From Octopus sinensis (Eukaryota), in assembly GCF_006345805.1 (NCBI RefSeq), contig NC_043000.1, positions 123,318,001 through 123,382,000 of the forward strand: a stretch of 64,000 nucleotides of DNA, read 5' to 3'. Both the position numbers and the translations under genes were made by a program. The notes under the pieces were generated by a model. That model saw only the letters and a program-made list of their open reading frames with translations, was not told the DNA's origin and searched no databases. The stretch's first letter is position 1, and each line of letters starts with the position of its first letter. Positions 13,650 to 27,330 of this stretch are shown here, piece after piece.

Positions 13650-14420
13650 TTAACATCGTTTTTCTATACAGGAATGGGTTGGATGGTTTAACAAGAACTA
13701 GCAAGCCAGAGAGTGATGCTAAACTTTATAGTCTACTTTAGCATGGTTTCTATGGCTGGAGGGAGAGTAGTATTGTGGCAGCTAATGAGAAGTTAAAAGT
13801 ATAATAGAGGGATAGAGAGAGGTGTCTTGTTGTAGAGGAGATACATTGGATACCCCAGTTGGAAAAGAAAGGAGAGAAAGAAAGAGTTTGCATGTAAGAT
13901 AAAGAGAGAGGGGGGAGAGTGGTGGTGGTGAAGATGTATTGGGACATACCCTCAAGGTACAGAATACAGGTAAAGTGATATAGAGAATTGGACTGATTGA
14001 ATGAGCAGGGGGATAGAGGGGTAAGTTCCATAAGAGTGTGAGGAGAGATGGAAAAGAGATTACTGTAACAAATGATGGTAAGAGATATAGATGTGGCTCA
14101 GGGGCAGAGGGATTTTGATAGATATGTGAGGGCATTGAGAGTGATAGCAGATAAGAGAGGTGTTAAGTATGGAGTATAGCAGAGAAGAAAGAGCAATGGC
14201 TGAAGGTACAGAAAGGAGGTTACTAATGAAAACAGTGGCCAGGAGAAGATGAGAAATGGTAGTGGTTCCAGGGTGAGGAAAGGAGTAAGGTAGCTGAAAA
14301 GTTGTAGGTTGTAGTTCATGCCTGTTCTGCTTTCAGGTGATTATAATAACTGAGTAGTATCATAAATTGAGAAGTGATAGGTGTTAGGGGATGAGATGTA
14401 GGGGAGATGAGCCCTCATGA
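13650..14420 (-). mobile_element. 3' UTR remnant of an RTE-type LINE (pyrimidine-rich body plus family-C tail)
   Basis: Reverse complement resembles 63250-63900 and 46900-47260 in composition and ends in ccatccaacccattcctgtatagaaaaacgatgttaaaatgatgat. Confidence 0.55.
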
Positions 14421-16429
14421 GAAGCCTCATATACATACCAATAAGGCACTCTTAAAGCTCCTTCTCTACTGTCTGGTTTTGGCTCATAAGAGAAGAATGA
14501 ATTCTACACATGTCCTGCCTACTGATCCCAGCCACTATTGTAAGCATAATTTGCTTAATGTCTTTCCTTTATTTTTTTAATAGTTTTTCATTTATTCCAG
14601 CCCTTTTACCAAATTCTAATATTTCTCCATTTGTTTAGGGGTCTATAGTTTTTTTACTTGCCTTTTAAATTCCTTTGAGAATCATGATTTATGAATTCTT
14701 ACAACGGTTTATTTTGCTTAAGTCGCTTCAATATTTCCTCAAATTATATTCCTTGATATTACACATTTGTAATCTAAATAAGGGTTTCTTCAAGTTCATA
14801 GTCATTTTTAATTATATGCTTTTTGCATAATGTCATTTTTGTAATTATGTTCATAGTTAGTTGTAATGTAGTCTGTACTGGATACTTCTCTTTCATATTT
14901 GGCTGTACTGTGATCTGTTCTAAATGCATATCATTAACAAAATCTCTTAGAATTTTTCATTTTCACTTTTTCCATTGTCCTGCCATTTTTATTTGATTAT
15001 TATTTGAAATATCCTTTCCCTTTCGTAAACCTTATGCCATTTATTTTTATAACCACAAATTTATTTTTTTCTACAGAAAGCATTATATTTGTTATTTGTT
15101 GATCTCTGAAAGTTTAAGTTTAATTAGAAATAGGATTTCTAGTATTGATGTGAAGTTATAACTCTATTGAATTAACTCTAATATACATATTGATTCCAAA
15201 GAGATGAAAGGCAAAATTGACCCTTGTAGCATTAGATGTAGCTGAACACTAATCAACCACTGTAGCACATTTACTCCAATGTTATCATTTCTGTCAATGC
15301 TTTGTCTATTGTTATTAATATAATGATTCTTGAAATCAACCTGCAGTATTAAAATGTACTGAAACCAAATTGTGCCATTTTCAAAGATGATTTCAGTTTA
15401 GGTGTATGTTGTTAATTCAGTTAGTGTATAGTGAAGTATTGTATTTAAACAATGTAAATGAGCACTGCTTGTCATGTCAAGTCTCTAAAATGTCAAAAAA
15501 GATGTTAATATTTTGAATTGCTTCCTTATTGAATACAACAGAATGACATTTAAATCCTTAAAATATTCCTTTGAAAATATCCTAATCAAAAAGGAAACCG
15601 TCTGCTTCATCTATCAAACTTTATCTCTCATGGTTATGGTTGTTGTAGTTGTTTGCAATGAACATACATCTTTAACAGTGCTCTAAAGCAAAATTACAGT
15701 TAATTACATTCACTTGATAGCGATTTTTTTTTTAAATTGTGAACAATGAACATTAGAATGTTTGATTTTTTAAAACATTGTTAATTAGGCAGTGGATATT
15801 GCCAGCAGTGGAAGAGTGGGAGTAAGTACTAGCCTCAAACACAATAGCAACAAATGCATTCCCGAAAAATTAATAGATTTAAAACAAAAGACATACTGAA
15901 AAACATTGTCGGTTGAAATCAAACAGGTGGTTACTTTGACAAATACACAAGGAAAATGATGATAACTAACAATGTTAACAATGTAGGCAACAGCAAAATG
16001 TCATTTGCCAGTGTTGCAAAACAGGAAAATGATGGAATTAAGTTACTTTCAAGAGAGGAAAAAACATAGAAAAGGTATCTCAAAAAGTTGTGCCACAGTG
16101 CTCAATGATTTCATATTTAAAAGGGCAAGGAAGAAAGTAACATAACTCTGTTTCTTGAAAGTAGAGGGGTTTCCATGTGCCCTCGAAAAAGAAATTAGAA
16201 ATAATCCTTACCAATATGTAGCAACATGTTGCTCTATAGACCAAAGCAGGGCATATCAAAGTGCATGCCTGGTCATTTTTGTGGCACAGTACAGGTGGTT
16301 GGTAAGCCCTCATTTGTTTTGTTTTATACATACATATGTGCATGTGTGTGAGTGTGTGTATCTATGTATGTGTGTATGCATGTGTTTACATATTTGTTGA
16401 ATTTATTTATATTTGTTCAAAATTTCAAT

Positions 16430-17060
16430 ATATCTTGGCATATTTTATTACATAAAATATCTGCAGCACTTGATAGTACTATTTTTTGTATGTGTTTATA
16501 TTTAAGTCCTAGAGTTTTGGTTAGTATATTTGACTAGATCATTTCTGTCATTTCCAAATTGTCTATAATTATGGTAATAATTTCTGTGTTCCATCTCTAT
16601 CATATTCTGCTTATCCTTATTGTCAGGATAGTTTTCTTCTATTAATTTTTTTTCAAGAAATTGAAATTGATGCATTGATTGAGAAACATATCTTTCTTCA
16701 TCGTATGTCACATAAATATCTGGAAGATTTACCTTGATCTCTATCTGTATGATTTATCATATCAATGGATCAATAGGTATGGTCACTTTGTCATTCTCTG
16801 AGATCATCTGTGTTGCAAGTTTACTCAATCTCTTCTATGGTATTATGCTGATAAAGTTTCTATTGTTGTACTACTGAATTATGCCTTGCATAGGATGTGA
16901 ATTATGTCTAGCAGGGCTATTTTTATAATCTGTGTGTAAACTCGTAAGCCCTGGAACACTTTTTATTATCTAATTTATTTCTTTTTTAGCATACTTAATG
17001 CTCTAATTATTAGAGGCACATTTCTTAGTTGCATACTCCGCGTCCCGCTTAATTCCATTT
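16430..17060 (-). mobile_element. Two tandem decayed R4/Dong-type RLE 3' fragments
   Basis: Minus strand gives PLIIRALSMLKKE...IIKIALLDIIHILCKA*, followed by ENDKVTI...HTDRDQ...PDIYV...KKINRRKLS...TLGLKYKHIQKIVLSSAADIL (frameshifted). Confidence 0.65.
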
Positions 17061-17350
17061 CAAGATTACACTTGATAATTTTCTTACTAACTTCCAGAAT
17101 GTTTTGATTAGAAGAGATTAATATGTCTAACAAAATGCATATATTCTCATTTATGTTTTTGATAATTATACAATAAAAAAGCGATGGTGTACATATGTTT
17201 TAATCACACATTATTAGATTGCTTTTAAAGTGTAGGTTTCAATATATTTCAACCTTATTTGTCTTGTCCCAGTTAATATTATACTCTATCCAATATTTTC
17301 ATATTATTAATATCCAAGAATTTTTATTCGTTGCCAAGGAATACACATAT

Positions 17351-17351
<1 letters not shown>

Positions 17352-17395
<44 letters not shown>
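17352..17395. repeat. (CA)n microsatellite
   Basis: Direct reading. Confidence 0.95.
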
Positions 17396-17398
<3 letters not shown>

Positions 17399-17999
17399 CT
17401 TACCCTTTCTAAATGTCATACTATTGTCTTACTTTCTCTTTCTTCTCACTTTTCTCTTCAAACACAACCTCTGCCTTACAAACCTTTCCCCTAACATTTT
17501 GTTACATCAAAAGCTACAGAGAAAATAAAGATCACCATGCATAGGTGTATATTCTAAGAGATGATTTCTTTTCAACAACTTTGTATAAACATTAAAACAT
17601 CAGAAAATGCCTTTCAATAGTTCTTCCTGCTCGTTATGTTCTGTGTTAGAATTCTACGTAAACCAATTTTACTTTCATCCTTTCAGAATTGATAAAGTAA
17701 AATGCTAGTCAAGAACTATGGTTGATATAATCAACTAACTGCCTCCCACTAAAATTGTTGGCCTTGTGCCAAAATCTGAAACCATTATTATTATTATTAT
17801 TATTATTATTAATTCTTAGTACATAAAGATTTCACAGATCAAATAAGTAAGAATTAACTGGAGCTATCATCAACAAGTGATGAGTTTTACTAAAATGAAA
17901 ATATAGCAAAGCATCTGCTACCTTTAGCAGAGAGAAAGTTATAAGGTATGACAAAGTAGCATAGAAACTAGCTAGTCAATTAGAAAAGGCACATAGAAA

Positions 18000-19150
18000 A
18001 AGGCATAACAAATGACATACTAGTGACAAGAATGGTGTCATTGTTCAAGTTCGGATATATGCACTGAAACATGAGGGTACCATAGCCTTCATGTTTCAAA
18101 CCTGTGTATCAAAGGTGCAGTATAGCAATACTGTTAGAATTCAGTCTAGGATGGACCACAATGGGTAGGTTCTTTTTGCTTACAAGCAGATGAGTGCAAT
18201 TTTCCAGTAGCACTTTGTCGTACTATTTTTGAGAATTGGACCTGAGACAGTGAGCTTTGATGCTTACTTGATGGTTTGCTGTGACAGGGAGACCAAGGGC
18301 TGTGGAAAACCAATTTCAACTTTTGAGATAGCCAACATGCAGAGCCACTATATGAGGTGTATATTGCTTGGACTGATAGGTCTGCCCTGTGGACTATATT
18401 TCCACATGCCAGATTTGTTTACTCCTGTCTTGACAACTATCTACTGCAGCTGGCAGTAGACTAGGAGCAGACTTCTCTAGATGAGTGGGCCAGAAAGTGG
18501 TGATACTGCTGAGAAAAGATATGAAGAAGGGATTCACAATGGAAAATTTTGTGCTGATAACTTTGCGCAACACAGAGTAAAAATTTTCACATATGTGCTC
18601 GCCAAAAGGCTGGTTACTTGTCATCAGTAATGTAGTCAGAGACGAGAAAATCTGTGTGATCTTCAGCAGATCTGTCCATGATAATAATCTTCATATCATT
18701 TGACTATTATAGCACAGATCAGGAATAGAAAAACAAAGGAGCAAACTTATATGAACATCTTTTGCATGACACATCACTCTGCAACCCGTTTACTTGACTA
18801 AGCCTCAGTTATGAGTCAAGCATAGACCGTGGTTGGGCAGCTGGCATCTAGAATGTCACCAGACATTCACAGCACAATACCAGCTGGACAAGGTCATTGA
18901 TGGGAAAACAGCTCTAAATTTCTATAGAGAGTTAATTGAAGGTATGAGTGACAATGACTTGGGATTGATCTGGATATCAACAAGAACAGTCTGAGCAGTC
19001 TCTTCAGGAGGACTTTCAGGTCAGGGAATATGAAAGAAAAGAATAGGGAAAGAGCATTGTTGATGCCTCAGAAAATGGCGTCATCTGAACTTTTTTGCAG
19101 TGGTGGGGTTGGCAAATTACTCGAGGTTGACTGCCTTATTATAGGGGAAG
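18000..19150 (-). mobile_element. Heavily decayed CR1/L2-like LINE (endonuclease/linker region)
   Basis: GC-elevated island. Minus-strand fragments FPINDLVQLV...PAAQPRSMLD and KNSTTKCYWKI resemble CR1 ND L.QLV..PT...LLDL and S..FW.I motifs; many stops. Confidence 0.45.
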
Positions 19151-19509
19151 TTTTATTGGAATTTATTTTTTATCTTTTGTATTAGTTTCCTTTTGATTAC
19201 TGTCAGCCCCTTTTTGTGTAGTGTATTTCATCCTTTTATATTATTCTCAATGTCTTAAGGCCTTCTGACTAATATAAGAAATTATTGTTAACATCATCAT
19301 CATCATCATCATCATGCCCTCCCCAGTGTTATGTAAGGTTCTACAATACCTCAAGGTTCCATGTTCCTATTGTATATGCAACATTATCTTTTGGGAATGT
19401 AAAATTGTTGTTTAGCATTCTTGTGGGATTTTGTTTCCTATTTTAAAGTTTTATATGTTGTGAAGAGTTTGTGCGATATGGTTTGTATTATTTGGGATGA
19501 GTTGTCAGA

Positions 19510-19700
19510 ATCATTAGCACATCAAACAAAATGCTTTGCAGCATTTCATTAGTTCTTTACATTCTGAGTTCCAATTCCACAAAGGTTGACTTTTATCTTC
19601 TATCCTTTCAGGGTTGATAAAATAAGTACCTGTGGAGCACTGGGATCAATATAATCAACTTCATCTCCACTCAAAATAGTTGGCCTTGTGCCAAAACTGT
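19510..19700 (+). mobile_element. Family-A SINE
   Basis: tcagaatcattagcacat...gagttccaattcc...gttgacttt...cctttcagggttgataaaataagtacc. Confidence 0.8.
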
Positions 19701-19776
19701 TATATAAATGGGTTACAACAGCAGAATAGGATTTCTTGTTATAGTGTCAGATCAATTAAGTATTGATTGTATACGG

Positions 19777-20130
19777 TACATGATGTGTTTATAAAGTCCA
19801 TGTGCAATTTAAAATACTTGTAGATTTGTAACTATACCTTGATAGGACTAATCTGTAAAAAGGCTAAGAAAGGACAAGTATCTAAGCTTATTATTGTGAT
19901 TGTTAATTTTCAACATATCTATCATCATAATGTATACAAATGGTAATATGATTCTGTAGTTCTTGAAAAACATTTTGCTGATGATTTTCAGTAATATCGT
20001 CAATCACATCAATTATCTTAGCTTGCAAGTCCTCTAAAGATTGAAGTTTAGTTGAATAAACATTACTTTTCACTGTGTGGTGGTGCTTTATTGTAATAAG
20101 TTCTAAACCTTCTTTTGACAACAACAGTAG
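19777..20130 (-). mobile_element. Tc1/mariner-superfamily transposon 3' remnant
   Basis: ORF 19903-20124 VKSNVYSTKLQSLEDLQAKIIDVIDDITENHQQNVFQELQNHITICIHYDDRYVEN matches the C-terminus after the third catalytic residue. TA plus a TIR-like tacatgatgtgtttataaag at 19777. Confidence 0.7.
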
Positions 20131-21585
20131 ATTTTAGTTCAGCCAACCAAAGAACGCAGTTTACTTTCTCTCTCCCCAGTGAAACCATTGGCCAACAGCA
20201 ATTCTGCAAAAAAAAAGTCATTTTGAAGTCTCAAAAAATAGATTAAAAATAATAGGTAAAATAAATACTAAATAAATTTCTGAAGACAAGAAAAACCCTA
20301 GATACATCAAGTTACTTTAGCTTTTCTTACAGATTCGTTCTATCAAATATAGACACAAAACTATAGGTATAAACACTGCGCATGTACTTTGTAGGTATCC
20401 TGTATTGTTTGGTGGATATTTCATAAGGTATGTGGAGAGAGTGAAAGTTTTATCTTTGTTATTGAATTGAAAGCGCCTTGATTAGCACCACATGCTGTGC
20501 CTAGCAAGGTTATCTTTTGATCATAATAATTATCATGATAAGACCATTTTAAGTCCATAACATTTTATTCATTTAAGTTCAAATTTTTCATTTATTATTG
20601 ATTCCCTTTTTCTACTTTTTATTTCATTATATTTGCCACCTTCTCATTACACTCTCTATATCATATTTGTGACGTTTCTTGTCTAATGCCATCTTTTTTC
20701 TTATATCTTTGCTTAATTTTCTGTGGAAATCAAATTTTGAATGTTTCTCATCATCGACATCCTCATCATCATTGTTACGATCATCATCATCACCATCATC
20801 TTTACATCTGGTTTTCCATTGCTTGCTTAGGTTTCTCTGGAAATTATTTCCCTGAAATTTCCTGCTATAATTAGAACCATTATTATCATAAACTATCCTA
20901 TCTTAATACTAAAGATATATATATTTACATTTTCATCATACTTTCAATATATTATCAGTGTTTATCCTCTTAAATGATTGAAGAGCTTTAATTTTTTCTT
21001 TTGTGATGTAAATTAATCTCATTTCTAAATATTAGAAAAGTGGCATATATATATATATATATATATATATAAATGGAGAGAAAGAGAGAGATATATACAT
21101 ATATACATACACATGTATACACACACATGAAACACACATGTGTAGGATGACAAAAACAAATTCTTGTAATTATACTAGATAAATAGACAAACTAAAATAA
21201 TGTAACAATGCATTTATAATGAAATAAGGTGTATGTTACAAATAATTCAATGTCTTAAGTCTTATGATTCTCAGTATGAAATCCCTGAGATGATATCTCT
21301 TTTAAAAGGATTTACAATAATAAACTAGCTTATTATTTTTCAATTCCAAACCATTGAATGACAATAATTTGATACTGCTGTTCCAAATTCTTGTAACGAA
21401 AAATGAAATAGGAATCAGATCAAGTATCATAAGAAGGAATAATTTCAATAATTGCCAACCTTCCAGTTAAAAATCCTCTTATCAACAAACATCTTATAAC
21501 AACATACTTACATTTGAATGAGAAATATGCTTTTGTAGAATAAATTCAAGTATAAACTTTTTCGCAAATAGAACTTAAACACTCC

Positions 21586-21589
<4 letters not shown>

Positions 21590-21667
<78 letters not shown>
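21590..21667. repeat. Compound (CT)n(TA)n microsatellite
   Basis: Direct reading. Confidence 0.95.
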
Positions 21668-21669
<2 letters not shown>

Positions 21670-24419
21670 TCATCTTTCAGTCTTTCTATCTATCTGGTTT
21701 TCTATCTTTTATCTATCTAGCTATCTATATACAAATAAAAACCCACTTCTCTGAATGTACTTCAAAATGTAGCAAAATTTTCCACTTTAATAAAAAGAAA
21801 TGAAAATGTGTTAGCATCATAGGGAAGGGAATAATAATAATAATAATAATAATGATGATGATAATAATAATAATAAGTATAGATTAAAGAAAAATTATTG
21901 CATTTCAGATTAGACTACTTCAGTTGTTTAAAATATGTAATCACTTGAATGTGGGCTTTGTTCATTTAAATATTATGTTCTTTCATATAAGCACGCATGT
22001 GTGTGCGCACGTGCACACACACACACACACATTTATATAAATTCAGATAATTGAATGTTTGCCAACAGAAGCAATGGGGTATATCTTAATATTGTTGGAA
22101 ATAAAGGTGTCTTTTTTACTACCACAAAAAAATAGTTCTTAAGAGAAGCATAAATTAAAATTATTTCATGAGGTACAAGAACTTAGTAAAACTTTAAAAT
22201 ATTTAAACTACTCAGACTTTTTGCCTAGTTGTGATAGATATTACAAGCAAATAAGATACTTATAGATTTGAATAGTAATACTTAGTAAGTAACAGGTAGA
22301 ATCTTATGGGAAACTATGCTGTTTCTGTTAACGGAGATTCAGTATAATGTATACATATATATTGATTTCTGTGTTATGAAAACTTCAATAGTAGATTATA
22401 TATGAATATAGTATTCAAGTTTGGTGCAAAGAATTTGATGTTTTCCAAAGCCAAAGGCTTACTGTAAATCAATAACTGTTCCCATCACTGTGTAAAGTTT
22501 GTTTTAAATTCTAGTTTTCTATGCAATCCAGAGTACATTTTTGCAAATTTATTGAGTGATTTTCCTCTCAATACATCAGTAAGTTTAGTGAAATCTATAC
22601 TTCACTGCAAAAGTCATATTAACACTGAAACATATATGAAGTTGTCACCCATACTGCCAAAATAATTTAAATAATATTAATTGATAAGATTTTTCTTTTT
22701 TTTTTTATATTCCTCTCTGCATATGTATTTCTAATTAGATTTTAATCTTCCTTCATTAAACATATTGATATCCACATAACATTACCTTTTAAGACATTAA
22801 TAATTTTCTTTGTAGTTTTAACATATGCTCCTTATTATTTAAATTCTCAATTCCTTTTAAAATTGTGACAATTTTATTTCTACTTCAAAGGGCTTTCAAT
22901 TTTACTTAATCATATAATTTCCTTTAAACTTAGTAACCTGGATGCAGAGAATTTTGTAGTTGAAGAGCAAGTTATCTTTATTTTAAGTTTATGAAAATAA
23001 CTTTATGTATTATGTTGATTAGCAAGTCAAATAAACTACTAAAAAGAGAAGAAAGAGCAAACAGGTGTGTGATTGCTTGGATTTTCATTGTACTAGTGGA
23101 ATCAAAAAATAAACAAATAGACAAAATAAAGACAGATGTTACTAAATTTAGGCATTATCACAAAGATAGGGGAAGGTGAAAAGCTATCTGTGAGACATGA
23201 AATGAGAAAAGAGATCAGTTGCAATAAAGAGTGAAATGTTTGAGGGTTATTGATATTTGTATTAGTAAATTCATAAATAGATAAATATTTATACATGTAT
23301 TGTCATAAATCCCAACCCAGAATGACCAAAAACATTTCTAGATCATTGTTGTTGTTGATGTTGTCACCACCATCATCATTATCATCCATATTTTCTCCCA
23401 TGCTGACTTGGTTGGATGGGTCTGTTTATATTTAAGGGCTCTCTTGTCAAAAACACAATTTTTCCCAAATCTTCGAATACCCTCTCAAATTTTCTAATTG
23501 TGGCCTCCACAATGGTTCTGATATGCACTTATAAGGTTCAATTCTCCACCCACTTCTCTCATAGATTCTGAAGTAATATTGAAATTTGAGACTAATGTAG
23601 AAAACTTCTGATCAATTATGACTTGTTTCTTATTGAAGATTTGTACACTAAATTCAAATCTTTAAGGGTAGGTTATATTATAAAATTTTCAGTAAACTTT
23701 AACCCTTACATGGTGGGAAAGGATTGCATGACTGTGTGTACCAAACACATCTCTTTTTCTTAAGAGTAATTTTGGTATTTGTTTTCATTTTATATAGGTT
23801 CAAAAACTATAATAATTGTTAATATTTCTAACAATGAGATTTACAATCTCATTATAAAAGAGTGCCTACAAATGTATACTTTCCTTTGCATCTGGTGTAA
23901 GCAGATGCAAAGGAAAGATTCCTGCATCATATAAATGTACATCAGTTGATGATGTCTGCTGTTCTCTAATGAAACATTGATGATGTCCATAGTTAATGGG
24001 TTAAAGTACTAGTATGTAGAAAGAACACCAACTCGTAGCACCTTTTCAGTCATGTTTTATGTATTCACATATTCAAATCAAAACATTTGGCTCTCCTGCA
24101 CACATCCTCAAGGCATCAAATGAATGTTTTTCAAATTACTTCCTCTAAACTTATCGCTAATTGGCCATGCTAAGTTAATTCTTCCTTAATTGGATATTAT
24201 TAACTGCACTTGTTTCCCTGGAATACAATTTCTGCTTTGTCTTCAAAGAGCCAGCTTTAGTTGTAAGGAGGGAGAAAACTTTTGTTAATAATTGAGATAA
24301 ATATTTCTTTGTACTTTTAAAACCTTATTTGAACATTAGTCCCAGCATTTTCAAAAGAACCAGCTTTATCAATGATTATATTATTTAAGTAGTAAAACGT
24401 ATTTTTACTTCCAGTAAAC

Positions 24420-24545
24420 CATGTGGGTATCCAATGTCTTCATTTTATGACTGACCCAAGATGCCATGTGGAGGTACTGAACTGAAAACCACATGGTTGC
24501 AAAGCAAACTTCTTAACCACAGACCCATACTTGCACATATGTTTG
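24420..24545 (-). mobile_element. 5' part of a family-B tRNA SINE
   Basis: Reverse complement tgtggttaagaagtttgctttgcaaccatgtggttttcagttcagtacc...atggcatcttggg matches the head of the 44160 copy. Confidence 0.7.
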
Positions 24546-25057
24546 TGTGTGTGTGTCTGTGTGTGTGTGTGTATGTGTGTGTAAACATATATATATATAT
24601 AACTTGAAAGGCTGTTTCAAGTACATTCAGGCCTACCAGCATATTAAATCTGGATGGTTTCCATGATATTTAAGTAACTGAGATTGCAGGCTTTTCATTT
24701 GAGTAGATTGAGTAGTTAAATGAAGTGCCTTGCTCAAGAACATTACGTGCTGCCCATTTTGAAAGCTCACTTAATGATCGAGAAGTCAACACTCAAACCA
24801 CTACATTACACACCCTCTCACACACTTATATATATTATATATAATATATATTCATATTAATATAGGTTTGGCAATGCAAACAGGAAAACTAGAACTCACA
24901 ACATTAGTGTGTATATCTATACATATTTTATTAATATTTAGCAGATGCAACAGAGTAACTTAAGGGTTGAGAATTTCATATATTAACACTTTGATAAGGG
25001 CTAACACACGAAACTCTCAGCCCTTGAGTCACTCTGTTACTTCTGTTAACTACTGGC

Positions 25058-25265
25058 ATCAAATTTTGGCACAAGGTCAGACATTTTAGGGGAGAGGCAA
25101 GTCAATTACATCAACCCAAGAGTTCAGTTGGTACTTATTTTATAGATGCTGGAAGGATGAAAGACAAAGTCAACTTCAGCAGTATTTGAACTGAGAATGT
25201 AAAGATGGATGAAATGCCACTAAACATTTTTCCCAGCATGCTAATGATTCTGCCAGCTCCCTGCC
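25058..25265 (-). mobile_element. Family-A SINE, near full length
   Basis: Reverse complement gggagctggcagaatcattagcatgctggg...ctcagttcaaatactgc...gttgactttgtctttcatcc...taagtaccaactg. Confidence 0.85.
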
Positions 25266-25439
25266 TCGCTTCTGCCAGTGCAACACAATGTTTGGTTTCT
25301 TCCTTATGAGTTCTTTCAACACTCTACTATTTGCAGTGGGAATTACAATCTCTTGTTTCTGCACTGTATTGTTGTAGCTGACATGAGATGGATATAGCAT
25401 CCCTAAAAAGAAAAAAAAAGGTCACTAGCTGTCTGTAAA

Positions 25440-25760
25440 TAGGAAACTAGTGCCAACACCAACATTTGGATTGATCCACTGAAGTCCTTGCTAAGTATCT
25501 TGTGGAACATGAATCGTGTTATCCTTTATGAATTACTGAAAGAAGAAAAAAAGATCATTACTGCAGGTGTTTACTGCCCACAACTCAATCATGTAAATAA
25601 AGAATTATGTGTGTCTTTTGTAAACAGAAGAGGAGTTCTTCTGCAGCATAACAATGCGAGGACTCATTTGGAAAAATAAACCCATGAAAATCGAACACTT
25701 CTAGGATGGGAAGTTCTTCCACAGACCCCATATTCTGTAGACAGACTTCTTTCATTTCTA
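25440..25760 (+). mobile_element. Mariner transposase remnant (catalytic region)
   Basis: KSLLSILWNMNRVILYELLKEEKKIITAGVYCPQLNHVNKEL..FVNRRGVLLQHNNARTH...LGWEVLPQTPYS matches mariner WW...HYELL...HDNARPH...WEVLPHPPYSPDL. Confidence 0.85.
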
Positions 25761-27330
25761 TCAAACAAATCCACTCACAAGGCTTTCTGCCCACTATTAG
25801 TTTTTAGGTTCTGTCCCACTGGGGGCAGAACCAAAAACCTCATAATTGGCAGGCAAACTTCTCAACTGCATAGCCATGCCAGCATCACACACATACACAC
25901 TTATACAGTATATATGTAATGCGTTTGTGGGTGTGTGTGTATATATAAAATGTGTGTGTTTTTGTGCTTGTGAGTCTGTGTAACTGTATAAACACTATGT
26001 TCATTTCTTCATTATATAATTCAATAGATTTGTATAAAATGACTTACAGATCTACATATACAAATTAGCTTATGACCGCAACCTCAATTTGTATATAAAT
26101 ATATTTTTACAGTACATATAAGCATTCATACTATACCAATACTTTGAATCATGGAAATATCCATACAATTACAACCACCCAAGTACATGCAAATTTACGT
26201 AATACAGTATAACACATCGTCACATATTACACTGTATCATATAAATATAGGTATATATACATGATAAATGATCCAGTTATATTCTTCGCTGCATTAAATG
26301 CCAATAGTGTGATTAATGGGGAATGTAAAAATTTGACTCAGCTTTCCTGATTTACTTGAATGAATGAGCGAATGCTACAAAATGGAAAATAATAAATCAT
26401 GCAGATTGTATATAATGCACATAAATAAATTCAGAATATCATTCATAATTATGATAAAGAACTTGTCATATAAAACAGTATTTTGTGTAACTTGTAAGAA
26501 ATTATATTTTCTTAAGATGAAGAGCTAAAAATGTTGTTAGAATTCTTTGAATTTCCCTTCTCTGCCATATCTTTATGGCTAGATGATCTTCCTAATACAT
26601 ACTACTTTATAGTATTGCAAGAAACCTTATCTCTCCATGGTGTTAAGATAGGATGCACTTAGAATAAGATTGTCCCATGAGTAGATGGTCTCTAGCTACC
26701 AAATCAGGTAGGATAGTTTTATCTTGTATGGCTTGGCATTAAAATTGTCAATCTTGTGTGGAATAAGGCATACAGACTGAGTTGCTAAGCTTGCGGTAAT
26801 TCATACAGGGAGAATATTTAGCAATGAATAAGTTCATGGCAGCTAAATGGATATGATAAACTAAAAACAATTATAATGCACAAATATTGGGAATTGCTAA
26901 CTAGCATCTGTGTGTATGTGTCTGTGTGTGTGTGTGTGTGTGTGCATGCTTGTGTGTGTGTGTGTGTGTGTGTGTTTGTTTGTTTGTTCATGCATTGTAA
27001 AAATGAAAACTAAAAAGAATAATTCAGAATGGACTGTAGTATGTATTTGACTAAAAGGAATAAGTTAACTGCTTTCATAGAAGATAGAACCTGGTGGCCA
27101 TTAGAACCAATTCTAAATGAGAAAGGGAGAAATTCTCAAGAATCAAGACTTCTTATGAACTGACATACCATTAAGAAATAAAACATTCTGATAATCTAGG
27201 GATAAGAGGACAGTTGTGTACCTATGTTTCTACCTCAATAGGTATCTCATACTCCCAGCAGAATTAAAGACCTAGGTAATCTGCATAAATAAAAATGAGC
27301 CAAGAGGAATAATTCAGAATGGACAGTGGC

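Noticed and set aside
18065-18098. 13-bp hairpin tgaaacatgaggg...ccttcatgtttca
   Set aside because: Short, contains one wobble, and lies at the edge of a decayed LINE remnant; not independent evidence of function.
9106-21875. (UAA)n arrays as Sam68/SLM (STAR protein) sites regulating an AS4 equivalent
   Set aside because: Pure (UAA)n does not contain the U(U/A)AA motif, and the arrays are explained by SINE tails and LINE targets.
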